Source of the DNA: an uncultured Calditrichaceae bacterium
GTDB taxonomy: Bacteria > Calditrichota > Calditrichia > Calditrichales > J004
Reading direction: 5' to 3'
Length of the DNA: 64,000 nucleotides
Assembly: GCA_964456445.1 (NCBI GenBank)
Contig: CAYWBI010000005.1
Coordinates: 1,366-65,365, forward strand
Shown: piece after piece, positions 23,176-33,132 of the stretch
Layout: every line of letters starts with the position of its first letter
Numbering within the stretch: position 1 is the stretch's first letter
The notes under the pieces: generated by a model
The model's database searches: none
The model's input: only the letters and a program-made list of their open reading frames with translations
What the model was told of the DNA's origin: nothing
Made by a program: the position numbers and the translations under genes

Positions 23176-24366
23176 TTAACTTTTAAATACAATCCTAAAA
23201 GTGCTTCCCTGTCCCACTTTACTATCCAACAAAATCAATCGTCCATTATGATATTCTTCCATTATTCGTTTGGCCAGGCTTAAACCCAATCCCCAGCCAC
23301 GTTTTTTGGTACTAAACCCAGGTTTAAAAATACGTTTTCTGTCACTGCCGGGGATGCCTTTTCCCGTATCGTGGATATCCAAAACAATTTGTTTTTTTGT
23401 CAAAGTGTGCAAATGCAATATAATTTCGCCTTGCTTGTCACCAAAACTATCGATCGCATTTTTGATTATATTTTCCATAACCCATTCAAAAAGATCAACA
23501 TTTAACATAACTGCGGGTACGGGGTTTTCGGTAAACTTTATTGATAAACGCTTGTTTAAGTGTGGCAGACGTTTATTGAAATAATCTACAACCGAAGAAA
23601 TCACCGGATTTAAGTCAACAGATTGCAGTTTTGACCGGGAACCGATTTTTGAAAAACGGTTGGCAATTTTATTCAATCTTGACAAGTCATTGCCCATTTC
23701 GAAAAGGCCAATATCAAAATTTGATTTATCCGTCTTTAGCAATTCAATCCATCCGGCGAGAGAACTTAAAGGTGTGCCCAATTGATGTGCCGTTTCTTTG
23801 GCCATTCCAACCCAGATGGATTTTTGTTCATTGCTTTTTATGTAAGTGAAGCCCAGATAGGCGATTAGAATAAATATAATGGCCACAAAAACAGCGACAT
23901 AAGGCAAATTCCTTAAACGATGTACTTCCGGTGGGTACCCATAAAAATAATACCCAAGGATAATTCCACTGTATTTTATGGGGATGGGAGGGTTTTCCGT
24001 AGAAATTTCCTTTAAAGCACTAAACAATATTACAGAATCCTGAGCAGAAAGTACATTGCTGCTATCGAGGCGGGAATCAATATTTTTCCAGCTTTGAGGA
24101 TGAAATTTGTTGTCTGTATATATTATAGGATAATCTGCCCGGCTTATTACTTCATTAAAAAAAAAGCCAATATCAATATTGGACTGTGGACTGTTGATAT
24201 TGGCTTCAAAAACTTTTATTCGAAATTTTACATACTCGGTAGAGCGAACTTTTAAACTCTGTACAAGGTCGTGTGTGTACCAAAGGCCGGCACTAATTAA
24301 AAGAAGCCCGACCAAAAACAATAAACCCTTTATATTGGCGTTTTTATGAGAAAAAAATTTACCCAC
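23176..24366 (-). CDS. Sensor histidine kinase (no response regulator nearby)
   Basis: 396 aa. Two TM segments flank a ~130-aa outer region. H-box AHQLGTPLSSL, N box IIKNAIDS, G boxes DTGKGIP and GWGLGLS. GTG start overlaps the TAG stop of the upstream TPR gene by 1 nt. Confidence 0.85.
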   Translation of the reverse strand: MGKFFSHKNANIKGLLFLVGLLLISAGLWYTHDLVQSLKVRSTEYVKFRIKVFEANINSPQSNIDIGFFFNEVISRADYPIIYTDNKFHPQSWKNIDSRLDSSNVLSAQDSVILFSALKEISTENPPIPIKYSGIILGYYFYGYPPEVHRLRNLPYVAVFVAIIFILIAYLGFTYIKSNEQKSIWVGMAKETAHQLGTPLSSLAGWIELLKTDKSNFDIGLFEMGNDLSRLNKIANRFSKIGSRSKLQSVDLNPVISSVVDYFNKRLPHLNKRLSIKFTENPVPAVMLNVDLFEWVMENIIKNAIDSFGDKQGEIILHLHTLTKKQIVLDIHDTGKGIPGSDRKRIFKPGFSTKKRGWGLGLSLAKRIMEEYHNGRLILLDSKVGQGSTFRIVFKS

Positions 24367-25133
24367 TATTCGATATCTTTCAATAATTCCTTTGCTTCAT
24401 TTTTATATTTGGGATCATCGGAATCAAAAACCTTAAGCTCAAGGCATTTTTTAAGTTCCGGTTTGGCCAAGTCATCCTTGTCCATCATAATATAAGTTTT
24501 TGCAAGTTCGAGGTAATGGTTTATATAGCCGGGGTTTAGTTCGATGGCTTTTTTAAAATCCTTAACCGCCTCTTCATTAGATGCGCCTTCGGGAACTCCG
24601 CCCAAAAACATGTTCGCGAACCCTTTTTCAATCCAGCTTAAATTTGCAAGTTTTCTGTTCCAGCGTCCGAGAACATGGTAGGCAATGTCGTTGTTCACGT
24701 CGTACTTTATGGCAAGATCAGCTTCTTTTTTTATTTCTTTTGACATTTTTATACGCTGCTTGGGGCCGGCATCAAGCGCAACACGCCCAAGGGCAATGCT
24801 TAAGGATAAATGACCCATGCTACCTTCGGGATTTAGGCTGGTTGCCTTGCGGGCAAAAGTCTCACTTTTTTGATAATATCCGGCTTTTTGGTCGCCATCT
24901 AAATCTTCTCCAATATCAACATAAGAGCGGCTAAGTTTCCAGGCGGCATCATAGTTTAAAGGGTCAAGTTCAATGGCTTTAAGATAATTGTTCAGCGCAA
25001 GCCCGTTCTGAAATGCATCGTAAGCGCTATCCCCTTTTTGAACAAAAGTCAGGGAAGTATCTTGCCCATAGCCAATGGATGAAAACAAAAGGCAAACTGC
25101 AAAACATATAAAAAACATTTTGGTTCTTGGCAT
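24366..25133 (-). CDS. Exported TPR-repeat protein
   Basis: The start at ATG 25133 (MPRTKMFFICFAVCLLFSSIGYGQ) gives a signal peptide and removes the overlap with the upstream cyclophilin gene. TPR-like repeats run throughout. Confidence 0.7.
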   Translation of the reverse strand: MPRTKMFFICFAVCLLFSSIGYGQDTSLTFVQKGDSAYDAFQNGLALNNYLKAIELDPLNYDAAWKLSRSYVDIGEDLDGDQKAGYYQKSETFARKATSLNPEGSMGHLSLSIALGRVALDAGPKQRIKMSKEIKKEADLAIKYDVNNDIAYHVLGRWNRKLANLSWIEKGFANMFLGGVPEGASNEEAVKDFKKAIELNPGYINHYLELAKTYIMMDKDDLAKPELKKCLELKVFDSDDPKYKNEAKELLKDIE

Positions 25134-25146
25134 GATCGTCTCCTTG

Positions 25147-27141
25147 TTAATGAAAAATAATTGTGATGGACTTAATATGGTCATCAATGGTGATTTTGTC
25201 AACAATATCCATTCCTTTTGTAACTTGGGCAAAGGCAGAGTAATTACCATCGAGATGGGGTTGTTCGGATTGGCAGATAAAAAACTGGCATCCACCAGTG
25301 TCAAATCCTGCGGTTGCGATCCCAACGGTACCTCGTTTAAAAGTTAATAAATCTTCAGATGGAATGGTATATCCGGGCCCACCGGACCCATCGCCGGCCG
25401 GATCGCCACCCTGGACAACAAAATCAGGAACCACTCGATGGAAGATAAGGCCATTATAAAAATTATGTTTTGCAAGATGTATAAAATTGAAACTGGTTAA
25501 AGGCGTATCATGGGTATTAAACTTGATGGATATATCCCCCTTGGGAGTATGAATAATCGCGGATATATCCTGATTAAAAATTGATAGAACAGAGTCGGCT
25601 GTTAAAAAAGAGATGATTGTATTTCCGGTAAATGAACGTAAGCTTTCCAGGCCAAATGATTTTTGTAGAGAAACAAGGCTTGTTTTTGAACAGGCATTGC
25701 CGGCCAAAAAACTCAAATCGCTTTCTGAAATGTTCGGTTTGCTTTGGGCAAGGATTTGTATGATCAGATTTTGTGTTTCAAAATTATCCGGTCCCGAAAA
25801 TGTTTTATAGGCGTTAAGCAGCAAGTCCTTTTTAACATGTTTTTTATGTTTTACCTGCCAGTCAAGAATGGTAAAAAGTACGGAATTTGAGGATGTTTGC
25901 ATAAGCATCTCAATATCTCTCAACCGAATTTGTTTCCCGGTCGCCAGGAGGTTAAAGGCCTTATTTGCCAAACGAAAATTTTGAACAGATAAAAAAGACC
26001 GAAGGGCACTTTTTGAAGCGGGCAATTGTATCAGGGCCAAGCTGCTCAATAAATCTTCCTTAAAAGATGTGGGGCCTCTATCCAGGTTTTGCATGATATA
26101 GCGAAAAGCCGTCTTCGGCGCCAGTTTTGCAAGTTCAACTATTATCTTTCCTTTTAAATAATATGAACGTTCAGCCTGATAGGCATTAAGCAGGTAGCCA
26201 GTACCTTTTGCGCCATAAAGGTTTGCGGTCAATTGTATGGCCCTTACCTGTACATATGGTATGGATGATTGTGTAAAAGGAACAATATCTTTTATATCGT
26301 TACTGTCGGCAAATTGGTTGAATAAATCTAATGCATAGTACTTGATCCGCCAATCGACATTTTTATGTAATATTCTCTTTAGCTTAACCCGGGTGTCTTC
26401 CCGAAGACTATCATTGCTTGTTATCGATTTCAAAAGCGTATTGGATTTAAATAATTTTATAAGGGAACGCAGATAGTATTTTTGCCCAAGGCTGTCATCC
26501 TGGATAAGATTGTTCAATAAATATGGGAGCTGACGGCTGGTGCCTGTGTATAGCAGAAAATACCCCGCTTTTGCGGAGTTGTGTTTTAAAAGAAATGAAC
26601 CGGGTATTGTGTGTGTTAAAGAAGCTAAGCTAACCTTGTTTTTGGTTAAAACGGCAATGGTTTCTAAAAGTGGCCCTATGGCCCGGCCGTCTCGTAATAG
26701 GCTTTTAATATACACCAGAGATTGTGAAGTGCCACAATGTTGCAGCGCCTTGAGAATAGGCCCGGAAAAGTTGTGGCCCCTTTGGGCAAAGCTAAGTAAA
26801 GCCTTTTCCGCTTCCGGAGATTTTGTTTGGCCAAGGGCAAAAATTGTTTTTTCAATAACAGGGACGGAAGCAGAACGAATTAACACCTTTTGATAAAATG
26901 GAATAAACAATTTGTTTTTACAATTTCCCATAGATTGCAATACAATTGTCTTTTGATCATCGGATGATGCTTTTGAGAAAAGATCTTTCCACTTTTGTAG
27001 CGCACTTTCCCGACTATATTCCAAATTCTTTGCTGATAGCAATATTGGATCGGTAGATTTTGATGAGGTTCTACAGGAAAAACCAATAAACAAGAAAATA
27101 ATAAGTAGTTTCTTCAAGGGTAAACACCTAATATATAACAT
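25147..27141 (-). CDS. Lipoprotein with long helical-repeat (HEAT-like) N-domain fused to a cyclophilin-type peptidyl-prolyl isomerase
   Basis: 664 aa. Lipobox-like LFIGFSC. The C-terminal ~160 aa carry FHRVVPDFVVQGGDPAGDGSGGPGYTIPSE...GCQFFIC, the cyclophilin signature. The HEAT-like call for the N-terminal ~480 aa is inferred from the helical repeat pattern only. Confidence 0.8.
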   Translation of the reverse strand: MLYIRCLPLKKLLIIFLFIGFSCRTSSKSTDPILLSAKNLEYSRESALQKWKDLFSKASSDDQKTIVLQSMGNCKNKLFIPFYQKVLIRSASVPVIEKTIFALGQTKSPEAEKALLSFAQRGHNFSGPILKALQHCGTSQSLVYIKSLLRDGRAIGPLLETIAVLTKNKVSLASLTHTIPGSFLLKHNSAKAGYFLLYTGTSRQLPYLLNNLIQDDSLGQKYYLRSLIKLFKSNTLLKSITSNDSLREDTRVKLKRILHKNVDWRIKYYALDLFNQFADSNDIKDIVPFTQSSIPYVQVRAIQLTANLYGAKGTGYLLNAYQAERSYYLKGKIIVELAKLAPKTAFRYIMQNLDRGPTSFKEDLLSSLALIQLPASKSALRSFLSVQNFRLANKAFNLLATGKQIRLRDIEMLMQTSSNSVLFTILDWQVKHKKHVKKDLLLNAYKTFSGPDNFETQNLIIQILAQSKPNISESDLSFLAGNACSKTSLVSLQKSFGLESLRSFTGNTIISFLTADSVLSIFNQDISAIIHTPKGDISIKFNTHDTPLTSFNFIHLAKHNFYNGLIFHRVVPDFVVQGGDPAGDGSGGPGYTIPSEDLLTFKRGTVGIATAGFDTGGCQFFICQSEQPHLDGNYSAFAQVTKGMDIVDKITIDDHIKSITIIFH

Positions 27142-27263
27142 TTATCGAATAAACGGCTGTCAATTTGGGCAAAGGTTTGACATTAAAATTGTATTTACTT
27201 AATTTTTGATTTCATTTTCTTTTATAAATAAAAATACACCATACTAATAATGTTGGAGGAGAA

Positions 27264-28946
27264 ATGGCTTCACAATCCGCAAAGGGCTCGATAATATCAA
27301 AGATTTTAATTGTAATGTTTGCCGCCGCTCTTTATATCGTATTAACGGTTCCACCCGGTATATGGGAACAGGAGAAGTACGAAAGCACAACTTCTCATCA
27401 AAATATATCCAGCATTTATGAGGCGCAAAAATTTTATCATCGTCTTACGCATAGCTACACTACCGATAAGGATGAACTGTTGGCCCGTTTAAAAGCAGAC
27501 TCTTCGCTTATAAAGGAAAAACAACTGGTTGAGTTCACCCAAGAGCTAAAAAACCAGCTCGATGCATATCTTAGTAATCCTTATGTTGCCTCACTTCTCA
27601 AACTTAGTCAAAATATTGATAATATAAAAAATGATCTCGAAAATAATGCCCGCTATTTCAAAGCTCACGAAGATATTGCAAATGAAGCCGAAGAATTAAA
27701 ACAACAACTATCATCCTTTAACAGCGATGTAAAATTCCCGAATTATTATCAGGATGCTGCTTTGCTGGATACGCTTTATCAACTTAGACGGGACTTGTCG
27801 GACCTTAATTTACAAACAGCCGCCGCACACTCCAAAGAATTGATCGAAAACATTAATCAATATTTGAAGGATGTGGAAGTAGGCAGCATCAATGAACAAT
27901 GGGCCATATTAAGTACCAGGATAAGTGACTTTATTAAAGCAGTCAAAGCAACAGACTTAGTAAAAAGAACAAGCGTAGCCGATAGAATCAAGGATTTTAA
28001 TGAAAATGCGTTAAATGCCCTTGCAAAGCTACAGGTACTAAACGGGGAAGAAGAGTTTAATGCAAGCAATACCATAAAAGAAAAAGTTGAAAATCTGTAC
28101 CAAACCTTTTTGAAAAACTTTATCATTACAAATAAACTTTCGCGTTATAAGTTGTCAGAGCAAGACCAGCTTGTCTATAATCTGACTGAAAAAATGTTTT
28201 ATAGTCCTGTAAACCATGAACCGTATGTTATTAGCGTCGATCCCGATTCTGCCGACGTGATGGTTGAAAGCCCGATGCTGTTTAAGGAGCTAAAGGAAAA
28301 AGTGGAACCAATTGCAAATGATATATCTTCGTTCGAATATCTGAACGCTTTTGGCGCTTACCTTGATACACTAAAGATGGTTCATAATAAAGGCTTGGAA
28401 ATAAAGAAAAAAATTAGAAGAAACATTGAAATCCTGGTAAAAAATAAAGAATTGGAAATACTGCTTAAGAAATATGAAGATGGCAGTGAATATAATGCCT
28501 TTAAAGACCTAAAGGATTTTGTGAATATGGTAAACAACTCAAAAAGTTTTAGCAACATTGTTAAAGATGCCGAAAATGCACGCTCCGCACTTAGTATAAT
28601 GGAACAAATGTACGAAAAGTCATTATTCAACAATTTGGATTCATTGAATGCGGATGCTGTTAAAAAATTACAGGAATTCAATGACGTTTTATCAAAAGTA
28701 AGGCGTTTGCCGCGCGGGATTAAAAATTTTGATGGCGATATTGCAAAATTAAATGCAGTGTTGGCCGAAATAAAGGAAGCAAAACCAAACGTTTCACAAT
28801 TTAAAGATTTACAAAATAAACTCGAAGAAGTCTTAATGTTTGCAGCCGATGGAAAAGAAATCCGGGTAAATCTTGTTTTTAAGAAAACCTTGAAGAATGC
28901 TGGGTTTATTCATAGAAACTCTAAAAGCTGGGAAGATAAAAAATAA
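27264..28946 (+). CDS. Hypothetical membrane-anchored giant coiled-coil protein with pilin/pseudopilin-like N-terminus
   Basis: 560 aa. N-terminus KGSIISKILIVMFAAALYIVLTVPPGIWEQEKYESTTSHQNISSIYEAQKFYHRLTHSYTTDKDEL resembles the hydrophobic helix plus N..I..A...Y segment of type IV pilins and T2SS pseudopilins, but lacks Glu at +5. The rest is heptad-rich and K/E/L/N-biased. Confidence 0.45.
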   Translation: MASQSAKGSIISKILIVMFAAALYIVLTVPPGIWEQEKYESTTSHQNISSIYEAQKFYHRLTHSYTTDKDELLARLKADSSLIKEKQLVEFTQELKNQLDAYLSNPYVASLLKLSQNIDNIKNDLENNARYFKAHEDIANEAEELKQQLSSFNSDVKFPNYYQDAALLDTLYQLRRDLSDLNLQTAAAHSKELIENINQYLKDVEVGSINEQWAILSTRISDFIKAVKATDLVKRTSVADRIKDFNENALNALAKLQVLNGEEEFNASNTIKEKVENLYQTFLKNFIITNKLSRYKLSEQDQLVYNLTEKMFYSPVNHEPYVISVDPDSADVMVESPMLFKELKEKVEPIANDISSFEYLNAFGAYLDTLKMVHNKGLEIKKKIRRNIEILVKNKELEILLKKYEDGSEYNAFKDLKDFVNMVNNSKSFSNIVKDAENARSALSIMEQMYEKSLFNNLDSLNADAVKKLQEFNDVLSKVRRLPRGIKNFDGDIAKLNAVLAEIKEAKPNVSQFKDLQNKLEEVLMFAADGKEIRVNLVFKKTLKNAGFIHRNSKSWEDKK

Positions 28947-28963
28947 CTTTGACCAAAAAGGCA

Positions 28964-28988
28964 AAAACCGGGGCACTTCCCCGGTTTT
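28964..28988 (+). terminator. Intrinsic terminator after the coiled-coil gene
   Basis: Perfect 10-bp stem AAAACCGGGG / CCCCGGTTTT with a 5-nt loop CACTT. The right arm ends in TTTT, 11 nt before the next ATG (29000). Confidence 0.75.
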
Positions 28989-28999
28989 AAAATTCTTCT

Positions 29000-29887
29000 A
29001 TGAACAAAACATTAAGTCTGTCTATAACAGATGATGGATTTGAATATCTTCTTTTTGAAGAAGGTTCAGGTTCTCAAATCATTATGTCAAACCAGTTAAG
29101 ATATCAACAACCCCCTGCTCCCGATCTTTTGTTTTCGGATGGGCAATTTGATCATATAATGTCAAAATTAAACGAGGCCATAGGGTCTGATTTTGACGAC
29201 ATAGTTATAGTAATACCTTTTAATAGGGCCACGGTAAAAAAAATAATTTTACCGGCTGAAAGCCCAAAGGATCAAAAAAGAAATTTAATAAAAAGTGAAC
29301 TCGGGACTATCCTGCCCAAACCAATTACCAATTATAAAATATCAATCCTTTCAATTCGTAATGTTTCGGATATTTCAGATATTGCCACTGTTGTTGCCCT
29401 GGATAAGCAGCTGATAAAAAGCCTTACTGATTTTGCCTCTAATTTAGGGAAACCGCTCAAAGGAATCTTTTTAGATTGCTTTAGTCTTGAAAACATTCTT
29501 GGAAAATGGAAATCGGTTAATCAAAACACTATGATTTCAAAGATAACTGCAAATTATATTGAGCAGCATATTTATACCGGAATGGATTATTATCTCTCTT
29601 ATCTTGACTATATTCCCCGGGATGACCGGGCCCATACTGAAATCATCGCCGAGTTGATTAACGGGCGTTATAAACAAAGTATAAATATCCTGAAACAAAC
29701 CGGTGATAGTTCCTTTGACCAAATGCAGGTTTACATATATGGAACTGAAATAACAAATGAATTGATGGCAGATGTTCAAAAGCATTTATCCGCAGAATTA
29801 ATACTGCCTGAAGTTGATGAGCTGACAAAGATAGTAAGTGACAATAAAACATATAATTTTATCGAAGCTTACGGCGCACTATTATAG
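29000..29887 (+). CDS. PilM-like (actin-fold) hypothetical protein
   Basis: 295 aa. The overall pattern resembles PilM-type pilus assembly proteins: N-terminal LSLSITDDG strand, mid ...VVALDKQLIKSL...GKPLKGIFLD and C-terminal ...FIEAYGALL. Motif-level judgement only. Confidence 0.4.
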   Translation: MNKTLSLSITDDGFEYLLFEEGSGSQIIMSNQLRYQQPPAPDLLFSDGQFDHIMSKLNEAIGSDFDDIVIVIPFNRATVKKIILPAESPKDQKRNLIKSELGTILPKPITNYKISILSIRNVSDISDIATVVALDKQLIKSLTDFASNLGKPLKGIFLDCFSLENILGKWKSVNQNTMISKITANYIEQHIYTGMDYYLSYLDYIPRDDRAHTEIIAELINGRYKQSINILKQTGDSSFDQMQVYIYGTEITNELMADVQKHLSAELILPEVDELTKIVSDNKTYNFIEAYGALL

Positions 29888-29926
29888 GATTTCACAACAT
29901 AACTCCCGCTATCAGGAGATTTTAAA

Positions 29927-31108
29927 ATGGCAAAATATAATTTACTGGAAGATGATGATCTCTTTGAAGATGAAGAAGATGATTTACAGCTTCCGGAAGA
30001 CACTGAAAATGACAGCGCAAAGCCGGACGAGTTAACAGATAACGACAATCTTGACATTGACATCGATGAGGATTTGTTAAACATTGAAAATTCTGAAAAC
30101 CTTTCGGATTCGGCATTTGATGTTAATGCCGATATTAATATTGGTGAAGAAGAGCCGGAAATAAATATCGATGAACCAAATTTGTTAAATGAAGAATCTG
30201 AAGCCCCGCCTGATACGGATATCGATGCCCAAGAACCGGAACTTTTAAATAAAGAGGCAATAATAACCGATGACTATGAAGATGAGAAGCAGGCAGGAAT
30301 AAATTATAAGCCGATTGTTATTGCCGGTGTTATAATTATTATCCTGATACTCGCCTATATTGGGATTGATCATTTCTTCTTGTCCGGGCCGACCGTTCCC
30401 ACGTTAAATCAGCAAACGACCACTGGCCAGGATGGAAAATTGCAGGGATCTCAAAAAGAAGCAATGATGGATGCCAAGGCCAAGCAGGAGCAAAAGAAAA
30501 AACAGAAATTTTTACAGAATATCTCGATGGAGAACCAGGCAAAAGCCGAACTTACCGGGAAGGTTTTGGGTGCGGTTACAGGTAAGGCAAGTCTTTCAAG
30601 TTTATTGCTCTATGACCGTTCTTTTTTATTTGAGATATTTGGTAAGTCCCGTGATGATCTTGCAAAAGTGAACGTTCGCTTAAAAAATTCAGCTCCCGCA
30701 GCACGTTTTAATGTTGTATCATCAAATGTCCGTCCCGGAAGCCAGGGCGGGGTATTAAGCGTATTTAAAGGCCGTGTTTCTTCCAGCGTCCCATCCGCGG
30801 GCTTATCAGAAGATGAAAATGCGAAGTCCATTGATGCACTTGAAGGACTCTTGCGCGATAAGGCACAAAAAGCAGGCCTGAAAACCAAAGGACTTGTAAA
30901 CCGGTTCGAAGATGAGCAATCCGGTTTTAAACGCTTTAATGTACAAGCAACATTCGAAGGCAGCTTAAAGAATACCCAAAACTTTATTGCATCTATTTCA
31001 AACAGTTCCCAGATCAATATTCATAAAATGCAGATATCCGCTAAGGACCAGAAAACGTTTAGCAAAAAGAAATACAGTGTTTCGCTTATTCTAAAAGTTT
31101 TTATATAA
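29927..31108 (+). CDS. Bitopic PilN/PilO-like hypothetical protein with long acidic cytoplasmic region
   Basis: 393 aa. Starts MAKYNLLEDDD (compare the PilN N-terminal INLLP motif that binds PilM). Then ~125 aa extremely D/E-rich, one TM (YKPIVIAGVIIIILILAYIGI), a K/Q-rich coiled segment, and a C-terminal alpha-beta domain ending ...GSLKNTQNFIASISNSSQINIHKMQISAKDQ...YSVSLILKVFI, which is PilO/GspM-like. Confidence 0.4.
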   Translation: MAKYNLLEDDDLFEDEEDDLQLPEDTENDSAKPDELTDNDNLDIDIDEDLLNIENSENLSDSAFDVNADINIGEEEPEINIDEPNLLNEESEAPPDTDIDAQEPELLNKEAIITDDYEDEKQAGINYKPIVIAGVIIIILILAYIGIDHFFLSGPTVPTLNQQTTTGQDGKLQGSQKEAMMDAKAKQEQKKKQKFLQNISMENQAKAELTGKVLGAVTGKASLSSLLLYDRSFLFEIFGKSRDDLAKVNVRLKNSAPAARFNVVSSNVRPGSQGGVLSVFKGRVSSSVPSAGLSEDENAKSIDALEGLLRDKAQKAGLKTKGLVNRFEDEQSGFKRFNVQATFEGSLKNTQNFIASISNSSQINIHKMQISAKDQKTFSKKKYSVSLILKVFI

Positions 31109-31660
31109 ATGCGTATCATTACCGGAAAATATAAGGGGAAAAAACTTATTGCCGGTGAAGATTTATCGATTAGGCCGACAACTGACCGCGTAAAGGAATA
31201 TATTTTCCAGGTGCTCGACGATTTTATTATTGATAAAGAAGGTGTTGATATATTTTCCGGCAGCGGAAGTTTAGGGCTCGAAGCGTTAAGTCGCGGAGCA
31301 CGGCACATTTCTTTTGTTGAAAAAGCGTTTTCGTCTGTCAGGATATTAAAAAAAAACGTTACCAACCTAAATCTTGATGCAGAAAATTATTCCATAATAC
31401 AACTTCCCGCCGAAACATTTATAAAGACCAATGCCATATCTTATAATTTTTACCTGCTGGACCCTCCCTTTAAAATAGATGGGTTACAGCTTCTTATCGA
31501 TTCGTTGACACAGGCAGAATATTTCCGTGTGGGGGATTTGATTGTTTTGGAACATGAAGTATCCAATCCGGTACTTGGAACATCCAATAGCTACACCGTT
31601 TTGAAAGAAAAGAAAATGGGTCGAAGTCTTATTAAATTTATTGAGAAGCGGTTATTATGA
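31109..31660 (+). CDS. rsmD: 16S rRNA (guanine966-N2)-methyltransferase
   Basis: 183 aa. MRIITGKYKGKKL start, SAM motif FSGSGSLGLEALSRGA and catalytic LLDPPF. Confidence 0.9.
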   Translation: MRIITGKYKGKKLIAGEDLSIRPTTDRVKEYIFQVLDDFIIDKEGVDIFSGSGSLGLEALSRGARHISFVEKAFSSVRILKKNVTNLNLDAENYSIIQLPAETFIKTNAISYNFYLLDPPFKIDGLQLLIDSLTQAEYFRVGDLIVLEHEVSNPVLGTSNSYTVLKEKKMGRSLIKFIEKRLL

Positions 31661-32142
31661 GAAAAGAAATCACGGCTATTTATCCCGGGACATTTGACCC
31701 GATTACAAATGGACATATCGATATTGTAAAGCGCGCGGGAAACATTTTTAGCTCGGTAATTGTTACGGTGGCCCAAAACCCAAAAAAGGACCCACTGTTC
31801 TCCACAGACGAACGTCTGGAAATGATCCATGACGCATTGAAAACCTTTCCCAATGTGCGTGTTGAGCAATTTGATGGTTTACTTGTTAACTTTGCTTTAA
31901 AAAATAATGCCACGGTTATTATCCGTGGGCTACGCGCGATCTCGGATTTTGAATATGAGTTTCAAATGGCATTGATGAATAAAAAGCTTGCCGAGACCAT
32001 ATCGACCGTGTTTTTGATGCCAAATGAGAAATATACATACTTAAATTCAACAATAATTAAAAATGTTGCTAAATTTCATGGTAATATTGATGATTTTGTT
32101 AGTAAATTAGTAGCCCAAAAATTAAAACAGAAATTTGGATAA
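31657..32142 (+). CDS. coaD: Phosphopantetheine adenylyltransferase
   Basis: 161 aa. YPGTFDPITNGHIDIVKRA (T/HxGH nucleotidyltransferase motif). ATGA overlap with rsmD. Confidence 0.95.
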   Translation: MRKEITAIYPGTFDPITNGHIDIVKRAGNIFSSVIVTVAQNPKKDPLFSTDERLEMIHDALKTFPNVRVEQFDGLLVNFALKNNATVIIRGLRAISDFEYEFQMALMNKKLAETISTVFLMPNEKYTYLNSTIIKNVAKFHGNIDDFVSKLVAQKLKQKFG

Positions 32143-32145
32143 AAT

Positions 32146-33120
32146 ATGTCATTTATAGAATCATTACAGCAAAAAGCGGCGCAAAATCCCACAAATAGAA
32201 TTCTACTGCCTGAAACAGAAGATATCCGCGTTCTGCAGGCGGCAGCTGAATTAAAAAACAAAAACCTGCTAACGCCGGTTTTAATCGGTAAAAAAGAAGT
32301 AATACATCAACTTGCGGCAGGTAATGGCCTAAGCCTAAGTGAAGTTGAAATCATAGACCCGGACAATTATGGCCGGGACGCTTTTGTTGCGGAATATCTG
32401 GAGTTAAGAAAACATAAGGGCGCCACACTGCAGGATGCACAAAATGCCCTAAAAAGCAATCTGTTCTTTGCTGCATTCCTGATAAAGCACGGCGAGGCCA
32501 ATGGCGCGGTAGCCGGCTCGATCAGTACAACCGGAAATGTTTTAAAAGCAGCCTTGCAGGTAATCGGGCTTGCCCCGGGGATGAAAGCTGTATCCAGTAG
32601 TTTTATTATGGTGCTTAAAGACGGGCGAACACTGTCCTTTGGTGATTGCGCGGTTATCCCGGATCCAACCGATGAACAACTGGCAAGTATAGCGATTAGC
32701 TCTGCGCAAACATTTGCACGTTTGACGGGGAAAAAACCGAAGGTGGCGATGCTTTCATTTTCAACCAAGGGAAGTGCGCGTCATGACAGTGTAAGTAAAG
32801 TTGTAAATGCGACAAAAATAATTGAAAAGTTGGAGCCGGCTTTAACCGTGGACGGTGAATTGCAGTTTGATGCGGCGTTTGTTCCGGCTATCGGAAAAAA
32901 GAAAGCACCGGGCAGCCCGGTTGGCGGTGAGGCCAATGTGTTTGTTTTTCCGGATCTGGATGCCGGGAATATTGGCTATAAACTGACCGAACGTCTGGCC
33001 GGGGCCGAGGCTATTGGGCCGGTTATCCAGGGCCTGAAAAACCCCTTCAACGATTTATCAAGGGGATGTAGCTGGCAGGATATTGTCAACGTTGCCTGTA
33101 TTTGTAGTTTGATATCTTAG
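32146..33120 (+). CDS. pta: Phosphate acetyltransferase (short PTA_PTB type)
   Basis: 324 aa. [38 protein letters not shown] motifs. Confidence 0.85.
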   Translation: MSFIESLQQKAAQNPTNRILLPETEDIRVLQAAAELKNKNLLTPVLIGKKEVIHQLAAGNGLSLSEVEIIDPDNYGRDAFVAEYLELRKHKGATLQDAQNALKSNLFFAAFLIKHGEANGAVAGSISTTGNVLKAALQVIGLAPGMKAVSSSFIMVLKDGRTLSFGDCAVIPDPTDEQLASIAISSAQTFARLTGKKPKVAMLSFSTKGSARHDSVSKVVNATKIIEKLEPALTVDGELQFDAAFVPAIGKKKAPGSPVGGEANVFVFPDLDAGNIGYKLTERLAGAEAIGPVIQGLKNPFNDLSRGCSWQDIVNVACICSLIS

Positions 33121-33132
33121 GAGAGTGTAAAA

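Noticed and set aside
25134-25325. Long version of the TPR ORF overlapping the cyclophilin gene by 179 nt
   Set aside because: The internal ATG at 25133 yields a canonical signal peptide and removes the overlap.
30610-31365. 135-aa and 114-aa minus-strand ORFs
   Set aside because: They are antisense to the PilN/O-like gene and rsmD, both of which have coherent domain logic. These are typical shadow frames.
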